Shown: positions 26,533 through 35,639 of the stretch, one piece after another | Layout of the letters: each line of letters opens with the position of its first letter | How positions within the stretch are numbered: the first letter of the stretch is position 1 | DNA from: Candidatus Pullibacteroides excrementavium | GTDB lineage: Bacteria > Bacteroidota > Bacteroidia > Bacteroidales > P3 | Length of the DNA: 64,000 bases | Assembly: GCA_017694335.1 (NCBI GenBank) | Contig: JADIMZ010000004.1 | Span: 15,033-79,032 of the forward strand | Reading direction: 5' to 3' | Notes under the pieces: generated by a model | Seen by the model: only the letters and a program-made list of their open reading frames with translations | What the model was told of the DNA's origin: nothing | Databases searched by the model: none | Translations under genes and position numbers: made by a program

Positions 26533-28350
26533 TTACCGTTTTATGATCATTTTCCGGACGGCATGGATGCCTTCTCCTTCAAGCAGGATGAAATACATGC
26601 CTTCGGCCAGTTCCTCTGCCGGCAGTTCGAGGGTCTGCCGTCCGGCAGGCAAAGTCCGTTCTCCCAGATTCAGCACGCAACGCCCCGTATTGTCCAGCAC
26701 GCGGATGCCGAGATGCCTTGCCTGGTCCAGGTCCAGTTCGAGGAATGCCGAGTTCGAGACCGGATTGGGGTAAAGCACGATGGGGAGGCTTTGGGCGGAT
26801 CCTTCATTGGCGGTGGTGTCCGACGGGCCGGGGTCCGGGTTGTCGGGCAGGTTGTGCGAAATCATGATGACCATGCTTTCCGGATATGTGCCCTCGTAAC
26901 GGATGATGCTGTCGCCTTCCGCGTTGTCGAACTGGAGGTATCCTTCCCCTTGGCTGCTGGTTGCATTCAGGTTGGCCACCTGCAAGCTGAATTGCTGGCA
27001 TCCTTCAATCAGGGGCAAGGTGTCGATTCGAGGACTGCTCAAGGTGTCGTACGGCCCGCCATAAGCCAAAGTATCGCCGGCCAGGTCGGTCAGGCTCCAG
27101 AAAACCCCGTAGTCCCGGTTGTAGCGGGGAAGGTCTTGGTACAAGGTCAGAAGAGCTTCATCGGTGGGAATGTCGATGTAGTTTTTGACAAAGCTCAGTT
27201 GCAAGGGGTCTGTTCCGGGGAAATCGTTCGAGCCGTTGATTTTTGCCAGGTCGAGCCAGCAGGTCCCGCTCCGGTTGGTCCGGAGTTCTATCGGTTCGCT
27301 GGTGATTTCCGCCACATCGCCTGCCTGCAAGGCGGGATTGAAAGAAACGGACACTTTGGCCCGGCCTTCAGGATGGTCGAAGTTGAGGTCTATGCTCGAT
27401 ATGGGTTCTTTGGCTACCCGGACAGCTATCTTGGCTGAGAAACGGATGTTGTTGTCGCAGGTGTTCTGCGGCAGTTGCTGGAACTTGCCGAACTGGTAGA
27501 CCAGCTCCGGGCCGCCTTCCAGATAGGTCAGCCCGGCATCGCAGGCGGTGACGATTTCCGTGCGGCCTTCGGCGAGGAAAGCGACGAAGCTGATGTCGTC
27601 CATGTCGACGGGGATTTCCCGGATGGAATCAGGCACGGTGTAGGAATAGGTCTTCTCCACGAACGAACCTTGGGTCGTGGTGGTGATTTCCTCGCCCCAC
27701 TGGCCGGTGAGAAGGTCGCGCAGGGCGTGCATGTGGAGGTAGAGGTCCCCTTGCACTTGGTCAGGATTGGCACCCGCCCCTTGCTGGTATCCGAGGATGT
27801 TGTCCTGGAGCAAGGCCACGTTCAGGTAGTTGGTGCTTTGGGGCGAGTTCCCGGTATAATAGATCTGGACGGTGAGTTCCACTTGGCGGGAAAGTGTGTC
27901 GATGGTGGCGCGGGCGGCGATGTTGGCATAGGATTCCTGCGACACGATGTCCTCCGTCCAGGCTTCCCAGTCATCGGCCGAACTGCTGGCCATTGCCGAA
28001 CCTCCGGAAAACACATGGCGGTTGATTGTTCCTGAAGGATAGGCGTTTATGCCCGCTTGGCTGGTGAGCGCGTTCCCGTAATCGGTACGGAAGTCGATGC
28101 CGTAGTAGCTGTTGGGGTCTGCGTATGGGCCCGAATGGATGTTGATGATGAAGAAATCGCCGATGTTGGCATTGAGGATTTCGTTGGCGGCCCTGTGCCT
28201 GGACGGGCAGTTCGGACATCCGACGCCCGTGTACTCTTCCAGCACGGCTTTGCGGTTCTGGATCGCCGTGTCCACAAAGCGTTCTTGGGCTAAGATGGAA
28301 ACGGCTCCCATGGCGATGAATGCTGTCAAGGCTGCAATGAGCTTTTTCAT
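26533..28350 (-). CDS. T9SS-secreted thioredoxin-fold 'Omp28-related' protein (island gene I)
   Basis: ATG (CAT at 28348-28350). Signal peptide MKKLIAALTAFIAMGAVSILA/QE. Block VLEEYTGVGCPNCPSRHRAAN...INIHSGPYA. Blocks shared with gene H: NYLNVALLQD and LRDL(I/L)TGQWGEEITTT. CTD LYPNPVSNSAFL...GMYFILLEGEGIHAVRKMIIKR. Confidence 0.85.
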   Translation of the reverse strand: MKKLIAALTAFIAMGAVSILAQERFVDTAIQNRKAVLEEYTGVGCPNCPSRHRAANEILNANIGDFFIINIHSGPYADPNSYYGIDFRTDYGNALTSQAGINAYPSGTINRHVFSGGSAMASSSADDWEAWTEDIVSQESYANIAARATIDTLSRQVELTVQIYYTGNSPQSTNYLNVALLQDNILGYQQGAGANPDQVQGDLYLHMHALRDLLTGQWGEEITTTTQGSFVEKTYSYTVPDSIREIPVDMDDISFVAFLAEGRTEIVTACDAGLTYLEGGPELVYQFGKFQQLPQNTCDNNIRFSAKIAVRVAKEPISSIDLNFDHPEGRAKVSVSFNPALQAGDVAEITSEPIELRTNRSGTCWLDLAKINGSNDFPGTDPLQLSFVKNYIDIPTDEALLTLYQDLPRYNRDYGVFWSLTDLAGDTLAYGGPYDTLSSPRIDTLPLIEGCQQFSLQVANLNATSSQGEGYLQFDNAEGDSIIRYEGTYPESMVIMISHNLPDNPDPGPSDTTANEGSAQSLPIVLYPNPVSNSAFLELDLDQARHLGIRVLDNTGRCVLNLGERTLPAGRQTLELPAEELAEGMYFILLEGEGIHAVRKMIIKR

Positions 28351-28480
28351 GATGTAATTGGTTTTGGTAATGGGAACGAATGGAATAACGACTGCAAAGC
28401 GGTTTCTCGTGTGCCTGTCCGGCGCATCTGCGCCGAAACTGTTGTTGCTCCGGTCGTTCCTTTGTCGGTTGATAAATTTA

Positions 28481-28488
28481 CAAAATTA
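28481..28488 (-). promoter_or_regulatory. candidate -7 box TAATTTTG for gene I
   Basis: Plus-strand CAAAATTA is minus-strand TAATTTTG, matching TAnnTTTG. A TTG lies 17 nt upstream on the minus strand (28506-28508). The implied 5' UTR is ~125 nt. Confidence 0.35.
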
Positions 28489-28629
28489 CAAAAAAAGACT
28501 GTTTTCAACCAGAATCAGCCGTTTGGGCGAGGCATTGGCATGGAGTGTGTATCAAAAAATAGGGATTTGAAATAAATCTCAGGCGGTGTGCCAGAGTGAG
28601 TAAGATGCAAGGCCGGATATGAAAACAGT

Positions 28630-28684
28630 GAACCGCTGGCAGGCTGGTCACGTGCGGAGACGTTCCCTTTGCCGCCAGCGGTTC
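28630..28684 (-). terminator. long hairpin downstream of the POT transporter gene
   Basis: 11-bp perfect stem GAACCGCTGGC (28630-28640) / GCCAGCGGTTC (28674-28684). On the minus strand it is followed by ACTGTTTTCAT. The loop is large (33 nt), so it is atypical. Confidence 0.45.
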
Positions 28685-28728
28685 GCTGCAAAGCATGTGT
28701 ATTCCGGGACTTTGATCCCGTTATACTC

Positions 28729-30663
28729 CTAATCGTTGGTAGCGCGTTCCAGTTTCTTGATTACCGAGAAGATGAACAATGCCGATAAGATGCAGCAGAT
28801 AATCAGGATTCCCCAGAACATGTAGATGGACACTTTTTCCCAAAGCGAACCCATGACGCCGACCAAGAGGTTGCCGATAGCGGTAGCGGCCAGCCAGCCG
28901 CCTTGCATCATCCCCTTGTATTGCGGAGGTGCCACCTTGGCTACGAACGACAGACCCATCGGGCTGAGCAGCAGCTCGGCGATGGTCAGCGTGAAGTAGG
29001 TTCCGATGAGCCAGTTGGGCGATACCAGTACATCCGAAACGCCGTTGATTTCGTTAGGCGATGGCAGGTGGTTGGAGATGGAGGCAATCAGGATCACCAC
29101 GAAGCCCAGCGCGGCTACCACCATGCCGTAACCGATTTTGCGCGGAGCCGAAGGCTCTTTGCCCTTGCGGTTGAGGCTGGTGAACAAGGCCACCGAAAGC
29201 GGGGTCAGCAATACGATGAAGAAAGGATTGAACTGCTGGAAGATTTGCGGGGTAATCTTGATGTTTTCGGCATCGACGGCACGCAGGAAGTAGAAAGCGA
29301 TGATGCCGGCAAGGCCGATCAGCATGGTGACGAGACCCTTGCCGGTACTCTTTTTGCCACCGAACAGACCCATCGTGGCCCAGTAGATACCGTAAGCGAA
29401 CACGATAATCGAAATCAGCGAAATGAGGTTGAAGAACATGTAACCGCCGCCGCTGACGGAGCTTTGGGTGTAATCGCGGGCAAAGAAGGTCAACGTAAGG
29501 CCGTTCTGGTGGAACGACATCCAGAAGAAGATAACCACGAAGAATACTAAGAACAGGGCAATCAGACGTTCGCGGGTCTGGGCCGGGGTCAATTGAACCA
29601 CCTCGGCTTGCTTTCCGCTTTTGGCAGCTTCGGCCAGCTGTTCCTTCAAGGTCTTGTCAACGCTTTTCCATGTGCCACGCCAGATGATGAAAATCAGGAA
29701 GGATACAATCAAACTGATGCAAGCCACGCCGAAGGCCATGTTGTACGACTTGCTGAGGGCGTTCTGCACGTAGCTGTTGGCCCAGGTCTTCACTTGGGTG
29801 GTGTTGTCGATGGAAGCCCAGTTGGCGTATTCATATCCCCATCCGGTAGTGTCTTCCATATTGGCGATATTGGGTTTGTCCAATTGGCTGCGTTCGATCT
29901 GGGCAATGACCGGAGCCTTGTCGGCATCGGCCACATGGCGGCTCAGGAATAACTCGTAGCTGGCCGAATCCAGCTGGCCTTCCTGTGCCAGAGCGGCGGC
30001 CTTGAGACGGAGCAGGGCGGCATCGTGGCCTTTCTGCAAGCTGTCGCGGGTATAGGCGTCCAAATTGGCATTGTCATCGTACAATGCGGTGAAGTCGTTG
30101 AGCTGTACGTAATTGGCCGGGATGGAGGCATCGTAGGTATAACCATCCTGTTTGAGGAAGTAGTTATTGATGGAGTTGGCCATGCTCGGGGCGAAGAAAG
30201 CTCCGATATTGATGAACATGTAGAAAATGGAGAAAGCGATGTCGCGGTAACGGCTGTACTTGGGATCATCGTAAAGATTGCCGACCAAGGCCTGCAAGTT
30301 ACCTTTGAAGCACCCTGTCCCTATCGCAATCAAGGCCAAGGCGGCGAACATGATGAGCTTGCCCGACATGTTGGCTTCGGTGGGCATCGACAGCAGCAGG
30401 TAACCGCCGAACATGACGATGAAACCGATCAGGATGGTCTTTCCATAACCCAATACCTTGTCGGCGATGATACCGCCCAAGAGGGGGAGGAAGTAAACTC
30501 CGGCAAGGAATATGCCGTAAATCATACTGGTTGCGGCGCTCGACAAGCCGAATTTCGCCTGCATGAACAGGGTCAGGATGGCAAGCATGGTGTAATAGCC
30601 GAAGCGTTCACCCATGTTGGCCAACGCAAGGACGATGAGTCCTTTGGGGTGTCCTTTTAACAT
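28729..30663 (-). CDS. proton-dependent oligopeptide transporter (POT/PTR2 family, MFS)
   Basis: N-terminal GERFGYYTMLAILTLFM and LGGIIADKVLGYGKTILIG match POT signature regions. It is polytopic with a long central soluble insertion. 644 aa. Confidence 0.85.
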   Translation of the reverse strand: MLKGHPKGLIVLALANMGERFGYYTMLAILTLFMQAKFGLSSAATSMIYGIFLAGVYFLPLLGGIIADKVLGYGKTILIGFIVMFGGYLLLSMPTEANMSGKLIMFAALALIAIGTGCFKGNLQALVGNLYDDPKYSRYRDIAFSIFYMFINIGAFFAPSMANSINNYFLKQDGYTYDASIPANYVQLNDFTALYDDNANLDAYTRDSLQKGHDAALLRLKAAALAQEGQLDSASYELFLSRHVADADKAPVIAQIERSQLDKPNIANMEDTTGWGYEYANWASIDNTTQVKTWANSYVQNALSKSYNMAFGVACISLIVSFLIFIIWRGTWKSVDKTLKEQLAEAAKSGKQAEVVQLTPAQTRERLIALFLVFFVVIFFWMSFHQNGLTLTFFARDYTQSSVSGGGYMFFNLISLISIIVFAYGIYWATMGLFGGKKSTGKGLVTMLIGLAGIIAFYFLRAVDAENIKITPQIFQQFNPFFIVLLTPLSVALFTSLNRKGKEPSAPRKIGYGMVVAALGFVVILIASISNHLPSPNEINGVSDVLVSPNWLIGTYFTLTIAELLLSPMGLSFVAKVAPPQYKGMMQGGWLAATAIGNLLVGVMGSLWEKVSIYMFWGILIICCILSALFIFSVIKKLERATND

Positions 30664-30814
30664 AACTTTGAACTTTGTTTGTTTATGAAAATGATGAATT
30701 TTCTTGCCAACTTCCTCAAAAGAGACCGGTCGTACCAGGCGCTTTTAAGAAATTTTAACTTGCAAGTATAATGAATTTTTTTAATTTTGACGGCTCTCTG
30801 GCAACCGAGACGGA

Positions 30815-30858
30815 CAGGCGTGCCTGAAAATCCATTCGGGATTCCGTGTCAGGCGTGC
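30815..30858. promoter_or_regulatory. two direct copies of CAGGCGTGC spaced 35 nt apart in a divergent promoter region
   Basis: aCAGGCGTGCcTG at 30814-30826 and tCAGGCGTGCaTG at 30849-30861. They lie between the POT gene (minus) and maf (plus). Confidence 0.25.
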
Positions 30859-30918
30859 ATGCAGGGCGGAGGATTTTGCATGTTTTGCATCGGGTAAAAT
30901 ATTAAAAACTACAATAAT

Positions 30919-31506
30919 ATGCTTCCTTTTCAAAATTTTCCCTACAATATAGTGCTGGGTTCGGCTTCACCGCGCCGAAAAGAACTTTTGGCCGCTTTGG
31001 GGTTCACGTTCGAAGTAATGCACAAAGAAGTGGACGAGACCTTTCCTTTGACGATGCCTCGCGACGAGGTGCCTGAATATCTGGCCCATTTGAAATCGAT
31101 GGCCTATACCGACGAGGAGTTGCCGGAGAATTATCTGCTGATTACGGCCGACACGATGGTTCTGCTCGACAACAAGCCTTTCCACAAGCCAGCCGACCGT
31201 GACCAGGCTATCCGGACCTTGTATGCGCTTTCGGGCCAGACGCACAAAGTGATTACCGGTCTTTCGCTGCGTACGAAGACCCGTAATTTCTCTATGTCGG
31301 TGGAATCGAAAGTGACATTCCGGGTTTTTTCTTTGGAAGAAATTGAATATTATGTTGATACCTATAAGCCTTACGATAAGGCAGGGGCATATGGCATTCA
31401 GGAATGGATTGGTTATGTGGGAATCGAGGCGGTGGAAGGGTCGTTTTATAATGTGATGGGATTGCCGACGCAGCGGTTATACCGCGTTTTGTCCGAGTGG
31501 GAATAG
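30919..31506 (+). CDS. maf: Maf-family nucleoside triphosphate pyrophosphatase
   Basis: Motif IVLGSASPRRKELL plus ...KAGAYGIQEW...; 195 aa. Confidence 0.9.
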   Translation: MLPFQNFPYNIVLGSASPRRKELLAALGFTFEVMHKEVDETFPLTMPRDEVPEYLAHLKSMAYTDEELPENYLLITADTMVLLDNKPFHKPADRDQAIRTLYALSGQTHKVITGLSLRTKTRNFSMSVESKVTFRVFSLEEIEYYVDTYKPYDKAGAYGIQEWIGYVGIEAVEGSFYNVMGLPTQRLYRVLSEWE

Positions 31507-31720
31507 TGGGCGGGGCAGAACGGGCAATCTGCTTCGTTGCGCGTTTCCCGGCTTCGCGATGCCTCGTGTCTTGCCTGTTCTTCCCGGCCAACGAAGGCCG
31601 TGGGTTCTTCAAGGAGAGGCCGGTTGCAGCCAGCCATAGCGGAATTGGCTGGCGGGGGGACGGATGCCATGGATGTTCTGGTTCGCCGAGGTCGGCGTAC
31701 GTTTTTTATTTGCTATAAGA

Positions 31721-33394
31721 ATGAAGATTTTAAAGGAATTGGGGCTGGTTGCGGCCTTGCTGATGGCTTGGGTTGGCTTTTCGCGGGGCCAGCAGGCGGA
31801 TGTGGTGGAAAACAAGGATTTCGAGGTGTTGAAGAATCTCGAGATTTTTACTTCCGCCTACAAGAACCTGGAGTTGACTTATGTGGACGGAGTTAATCCG
31901 GGCGAGCTGATCAAAAAGGCCTTGGATGCGATGATGGCCACTTTGGACCCTTATACGGTCTATATTCCGGAGGCGGATATCGAGGATGTGCGTATCATGA
32001 CGGAAGGCCAATACGGAGGGATAGGGTCGCTGATTCATTATCGTGATGGCGCTGTGTATATTTCGGAGCCTTATGAGGGTTTCCCGGCCGACAAGGCGGG
32101 CTTGAAGCCGGGCGACAAGATTCTGGAAGTGAACGGGGAATCGACTCAAGGGAAGAACACGGCGGATGTAAGTGCGATGTTGAAAGGGCAGGCGGGCACG
32201 ACCTTGACCTTGCTGATGGAACGCCGGGGAGTGGCCAAGCCTTTTGAAGTGACTTTGACCCGGCAGGAGATACAGATCAAGAATGTGACGTATTATGGCA
32301 TGTTGCGCGACAGTGTGGGCTATATACGGCAGGATGGTTTTACCGAAGGGGCGTCGAAAGAGGTCAAAGAGGCATTTCTGGATCTCAAGCGTCAAGGGAT
32401 GAAGTATCTGGTCTTCGATTTGCGTTACAATGGAGGCGGTTTGCTGAGCGAGGCGGTGGACATCGTCAATCTGTTTTATCGCAAGGGGGTGCCGGTGGTG
32501 AGTACCAAGGGAAGGATGGCTTCGAGGAACCATACGTATTATACAAGGGAGACACCGGTGGATACCGAGATTCCTATCGTGTTCCTGACGAGCCGGGGCA
32601 CGGCTTCGGCATCGGAGATTCTGAGCGGCTCGATGCAGGATTATGATCGGGCGGTCTTGGTGGGCGAGCGGACTTTTGGCAAGGGATTGGTCCAAAATAT
32701 CCTGCCTTTGCCTTATAATGCGCAGATGAAAGTGACGATTGCCAAATATTATATTCCCAGCGGGCGTTGCGTGCAGGCTTTGGATTACAGCCACAAGGAT
32801 GCGGACGGGCGGCCGTTGCCGGTGCCGGATTCATTGCGGACGGCTTTCCGTACAGCGGGAGGACGGGTGGTTTACGATGGGGACGGCATCGAGCCGGATG
32901 TGGCTGTGGATGTGCCGTTGGTGAGCGATGTGGCTTACAGCCTAGTGACTAAGTTCTTGATTTTCGATTATGCAAACCGGTACGCGGAAAAGCACGAGAA
33001 ATTGGGGGATGTGGCGGATTTTGTGGTGGACGAGGCTCTGTATGAAGACTTCCTGAAGTTTATGGAGGATAAGGATTACGGGTATAAATTGTCTTCGGAA
33101 CGGGTGCTGGACGATTTCAAACGGGCGGTGGAAGCCGACAGTTGCCTGGATGCGGTCAGGACGCAGTATGAGGCGTTGGCAAAGACCTTGGCCGACACCA
33201 AGCAGGGGGATTTGCGCCGCCATCAGAAGGAAATCTCGGCTTATTTGCGGGAAGAGATCGCTTCGCGTTACTATTACCAGGCCGGACGGGCGGAGGCTGA
33301 ATTGGCCGGGGATGAGACAGTGAACACGGCTATCGAGATTCTGCTGGATCAGGACCGGTACCGGGCTTTGCTCAAACCGACGGAAAAGGAATGA
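31721..33394 (+). CDS. S41-family C-terminal processing peptidase
   Basis: Start moved to ATG 31721 (MKILKELGLVAALLMAWVGFS, signal-like). PDZ segment KPGDKILEVNGEST. S41 motifs DLRYNGGGLL and RGTASASEI. Confidence 0.85.
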   Translation: MKILKELGLVAALLMAWVGFSRGQQADVVENKDFEVLKNLEIFTSAYKNLELTYVDGVNPGELIKKALDAMMATLDPYTVYIPEADIEDVRIMTEGQYGGIGSLIHYRDGAVYISEPYEGFPADKAGLKPGDKILEVNGESTQGKNTADVSAMLKGQAGTTLTLLMERRGVAKPFEVTLTRQEIQIKNVTYYGMLRDSVGYIRQDGFTEGASKEVKEAFLDLKRQGMKYLVFDLRYNGGGLLSEAVDIVNLFYRKGVPVVSTKGRMASRNHTYYTRETPVDTEIPIVFLTSRGTASASEILSGSMQDYDRAVLVGERTFGKGLVQNILPLPYNAQMKVTIAKYYIPSGRCVQALDYSHKDADGRPLPVPDSLRTAFRTAGGRVVYDGDGIEPDVAVDVPLVSDVAYSLVTKFLIFDYANRYAEKHEKLGDVADFVVDEALYEDFLKFMEDKDYGYKLSSERVLDDFKRAVEADSCLDAVRTQYEALAKTLADTKQGDLRRHQKEISAYLREEIASRYYYQAGRAEAELAGDETVNTAIEILLDQDRYRALLKPTEKE

Positions 33395-33858
33395 TGAAAG
33401 TGGATTTTATGCGGGAGGCCATCGCGTTGGCTCGCGAGAACATAAGAAAAGGCGGCGGCCCGTTTGCGGCGATTATTGTCAAGGATGGCAAAGAGGTTGC
33501 CCGTACCGGGAATACCGTGACGCTGAGCAATGACCCGACGGCCCATGCGGAAGTGAACGCCATTCGGGAAGCATGCCGTAAGTTGGGAACGTTCGATCTT
33601 TCTGGTTGCGAGATATATTCCTCCTGCGAGCCTTGCCCGATGTGCCTTTCGGCTATTTATTGGGCGGGCATCGGCAAGATTTATGTGTCGGCTTCACGGT
33701 TTGATGCAGCGGATGCCGGGTTTGATGATCAGTTTTTGTACGATGAAATAGTGAAGCCGTACGAGGAACGGAAAATCCCGGTCAAGGTTTTGGTGCCGGA
33801 AGAGGGGAAGGCCCCCTTTGCCGATTGGAAGGCTTATGACCAGCGGATAGAATATTAA
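33391..33858 (+). CDS. CDA-fold nucleoside deaminase, guanine deaminase (GuaD)-like
   Basis: Zinc motifs HAEVNAI and CEPCPMC. From memory, GGPFAAIIVKDG...NDPTAHAE...AGFDD...Y resembles B. subtilis GuaD over the full length. The ATGA overlaps the upstream stop. Confidence 0.75.
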   Translation: MMKVDFMREAIALARENIRKGGGPFAAIIVKDGKEVARTGNTVTLSNDPTAHAEVNAIREACRKLGTFDLSGCEIYSSCEPCPMCLSAIYWAGIGKIYVSASRFDAADAGFDDQFLYDEIVKPYEERKIPVKVLVPEEGKAPFADWKAYDQRIEY

Positions 33859-33888
33859 ACAGCTAAACAGCGGGGTTCAATCGGGCTT

Positions 33889-34809
33889 ATGTTGCAGGTA
33901 GATAATCTGACAAAGGTGTATGGCCGGCAGAAGGCGCTTGACGGAGTGACCTTCTCGGTGCAGGATGCCCAAGTGGCAGGTCTGCTGGGTCCTAACGGCG
34001 CCGGCAAGTCCACGTTGATGAAGATTGTCTGTGGTTACCTGGCCCCGACTGCCGGCACAGCCAAGGTCTGCGGCCTGGATGTGCGGGAGCACTCGTTGGA
34101 GGCCCGGGCGCGGATAGGTTATCTTCCGGAACATAATCCCCTGTATCTAGACATGTATGTGCGGGAGTATCTCGATTTTGCAGGTCGGATTTACATGCCG
34201 GCAAAGGAGGTGGCCCGGCGGAGGGAAGAGGTATTGGAGCGTACCGGTCTTGCCCCGGAATCTAATAAGAAAATCAAGGCTTTGTCTAAAGGATACCGCC
34301 AGCGCTTGGGATTGGCTCAGGCCTTGATTCATGACCCGGATGTCTTGATTCTGGATGAACCGACATCAGGTCTGGACCCTAATCAATTGGAGGAGGTCCG
34401 GATGTTGATTCGTGAAATCGGGCGGCAGAAAACGGTGATTCTTTCCACTCATATCATGCAGGAAGCGGAAGCGGTCTGCGATCGGGTGCTCCTGCTGGAT
34501 CACGGTCGTTTGGTGGCTGATTCGTCTACCAGGGAGCTGATGCAGGGCCTGCATGGGCAGGTATCGGTGCGAGTGGAGTTCAAAGGGGCGGTGCAGGAAA
34601 ACGTGCTGGCTTTGTTGGACGGGGTGAGGTCGGTGCATTCCTTATCGGAGGGCTGCTACGAACTGGTCAGTGGCGCGGATACGGATTTGAGGCCGCTTCT
34701 GTTCCGTCTGGCCGTGGAAAAAGGTTGGGAAATCCTGACGCTGCAGCGGGAAGAGCGGAGATTGGAATCGGTCTTCCATCAATTGACCCAGGAAAAGGAG
34801 GCGGACTGA
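33889..34809 (+). CDS. gldA: ABC transporter ATP-binding protein, GldA-like
   Basis: Walker A GPNGAGKST, signature LSKGYRQR, Walker B LILDEPTSGLD. The block IGYLPEHNPLYLDMYVREYL is characteristic of GldA orthologues as I recall them. Confidence 0.7.
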   Translation: MLQVDNLTKVYGRQKALDGVTFSVQDAQVAGLLGPNGAGKSTLMKIVCGYLAPTAGTAKVCGLDVREHSLEARARIGYLPEHNPLYLDMYVREYLDFAGRIYMPAKEVARRREEVLERTGLAPESNKKIKALSKGYRQRLGLAQALIHDPDVLILDEPTSGLDPNQLEEVRMLIREIGRQKTVILSTHIMQEAEAVCDRVLLLDHGRLVADSSTRELMQGLHGQVSVRVEFKGAVQENVLALLDGVRSVHSLSEGCYELVSGADTDLRPLLFRLAVEKGWEILTLQREERRLESVFHQLTQEKEAD

Positions 34810-34810
34810 G

Positions 34811-35521
34811 ATGCAATGGAACCCGATGCCGGAGGCGACGTTCTGGAACATGAATCTGTGGATAGTGGCGGGACTTCTGCTCTATGCATGGGTCGTGCAG
34901 CATTATTTCAGGCAGGTCCGTATTTTGTTTTCCGCTTTGTTTGATTTGAGGAATTTCGACAAGCCGGTCAGGGCGGCTTTCCGGGATGGGAATATGCCTT
35001 CGGCCTGGGTCAATTTTCTTTTCTTCTGTGTTTCGTTCACTTCGTATGCTTGGTGGGTGTGGATTGTTTGTGTCAAGGATGTTTTCCCGGCTTTGCCGGT
35101 TCTGGGCGTGCATCCTTGGCCGGGATGGTCGCAGGGGCAGGCTTCGATTGCCTTGAGCGTGGGCTTGGTGGCTTGCTGGTATGCGGTGAAGTACTTGGTG
35201 GTGAGGTTTGTGGCCTTTGTTATGGATGAGAGCCGCTTCGCTTCTTTTGTTTGGAAAACAGGGCTTTATTACGATTTGGCTTTTTCATTGGTATGCCTGC
35301 CGGTTTTGGCGCTTTGCATGCGTTTGGACGGGTTGTTGCTCAAAGTGATTATTTGCGTGTTGATTGCGCTGTATTGTATATGCTTTATAGTGCGATTGTT
35401 GCGTTTTGTTATAGAAGGGAAATCCTATAGCAGATTTTCTCCCCTGCATATTTTTGTTTACCTTTGCGCCCTCGAAATATTGCCATTTGTATGCTTTTGG
35501 CGGATATTTTGCGCGTTATAG
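34811..35521 (+). CDS. DUF4271-like polytopic membrane protein
   Basis: About six hydrophobic helices. Its position just upstream of hemD-rnpA-yidD matches the usual Bacteroidales gene order. Confidence 0.6.
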   Translation: MQWNPMPEATFWNMNLWIVAGLLLYAWVVQHYFRQVRILFSALFDLRNFDKPVRAAFRDGNMPSAWVNFLFFCVSFTSYAWWVWIVCVKDVFPALPVLGVHPWPGWSQGQASIALSVGLVACWYAVKYLVVRFVAFVMDESRFASFVWKTGLYYDLAFSLVCLPVLALCMRLDGLLLKVIICVLIALYCICFIVRLLRFVIEGKSYSRFSPLHIFVYLCALEILPFVCFWRIFCAL

Positions 35522-35639
35522 TGTTGAGGAAGAGTTTTTTGCAGAAAACGCTCTTCTTTGCGGCAAAAAGATTTCCGCCAAGGCTGTCACCCCCCGGTTT
35601 CTTCCTGTTGAGGGAGAATGAAAAAGGAGTTTTGGAAAT

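Noticed and set aside
24717-28035. Plus-strand ORFs of 186-380 aa opposite genes H and I.
   Set aside because: Same reasoning. They mirror the well-supported minus-strand genes and have no recognisable features.
1194-28350. A diversity-generating retroelement, invertible promoter or other phase-variation mechanism acting on the surface-protein island.
   Set aside because: There is no reverse transcriptase, no recombinase or invertase gene, and no template/variable repeat pair or promoter-flanking inverted repeats that I could find by eye. Homopolymer runs are confined to terminators.
33889-34809. gldA as evidence that T9SS or gliding machinery is encoded next to the cargo island.
   Set aside because: It lies about 5.5 kb from the island among unrelated housekeeping genes. 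No por, spr or other gld genes are in the window.
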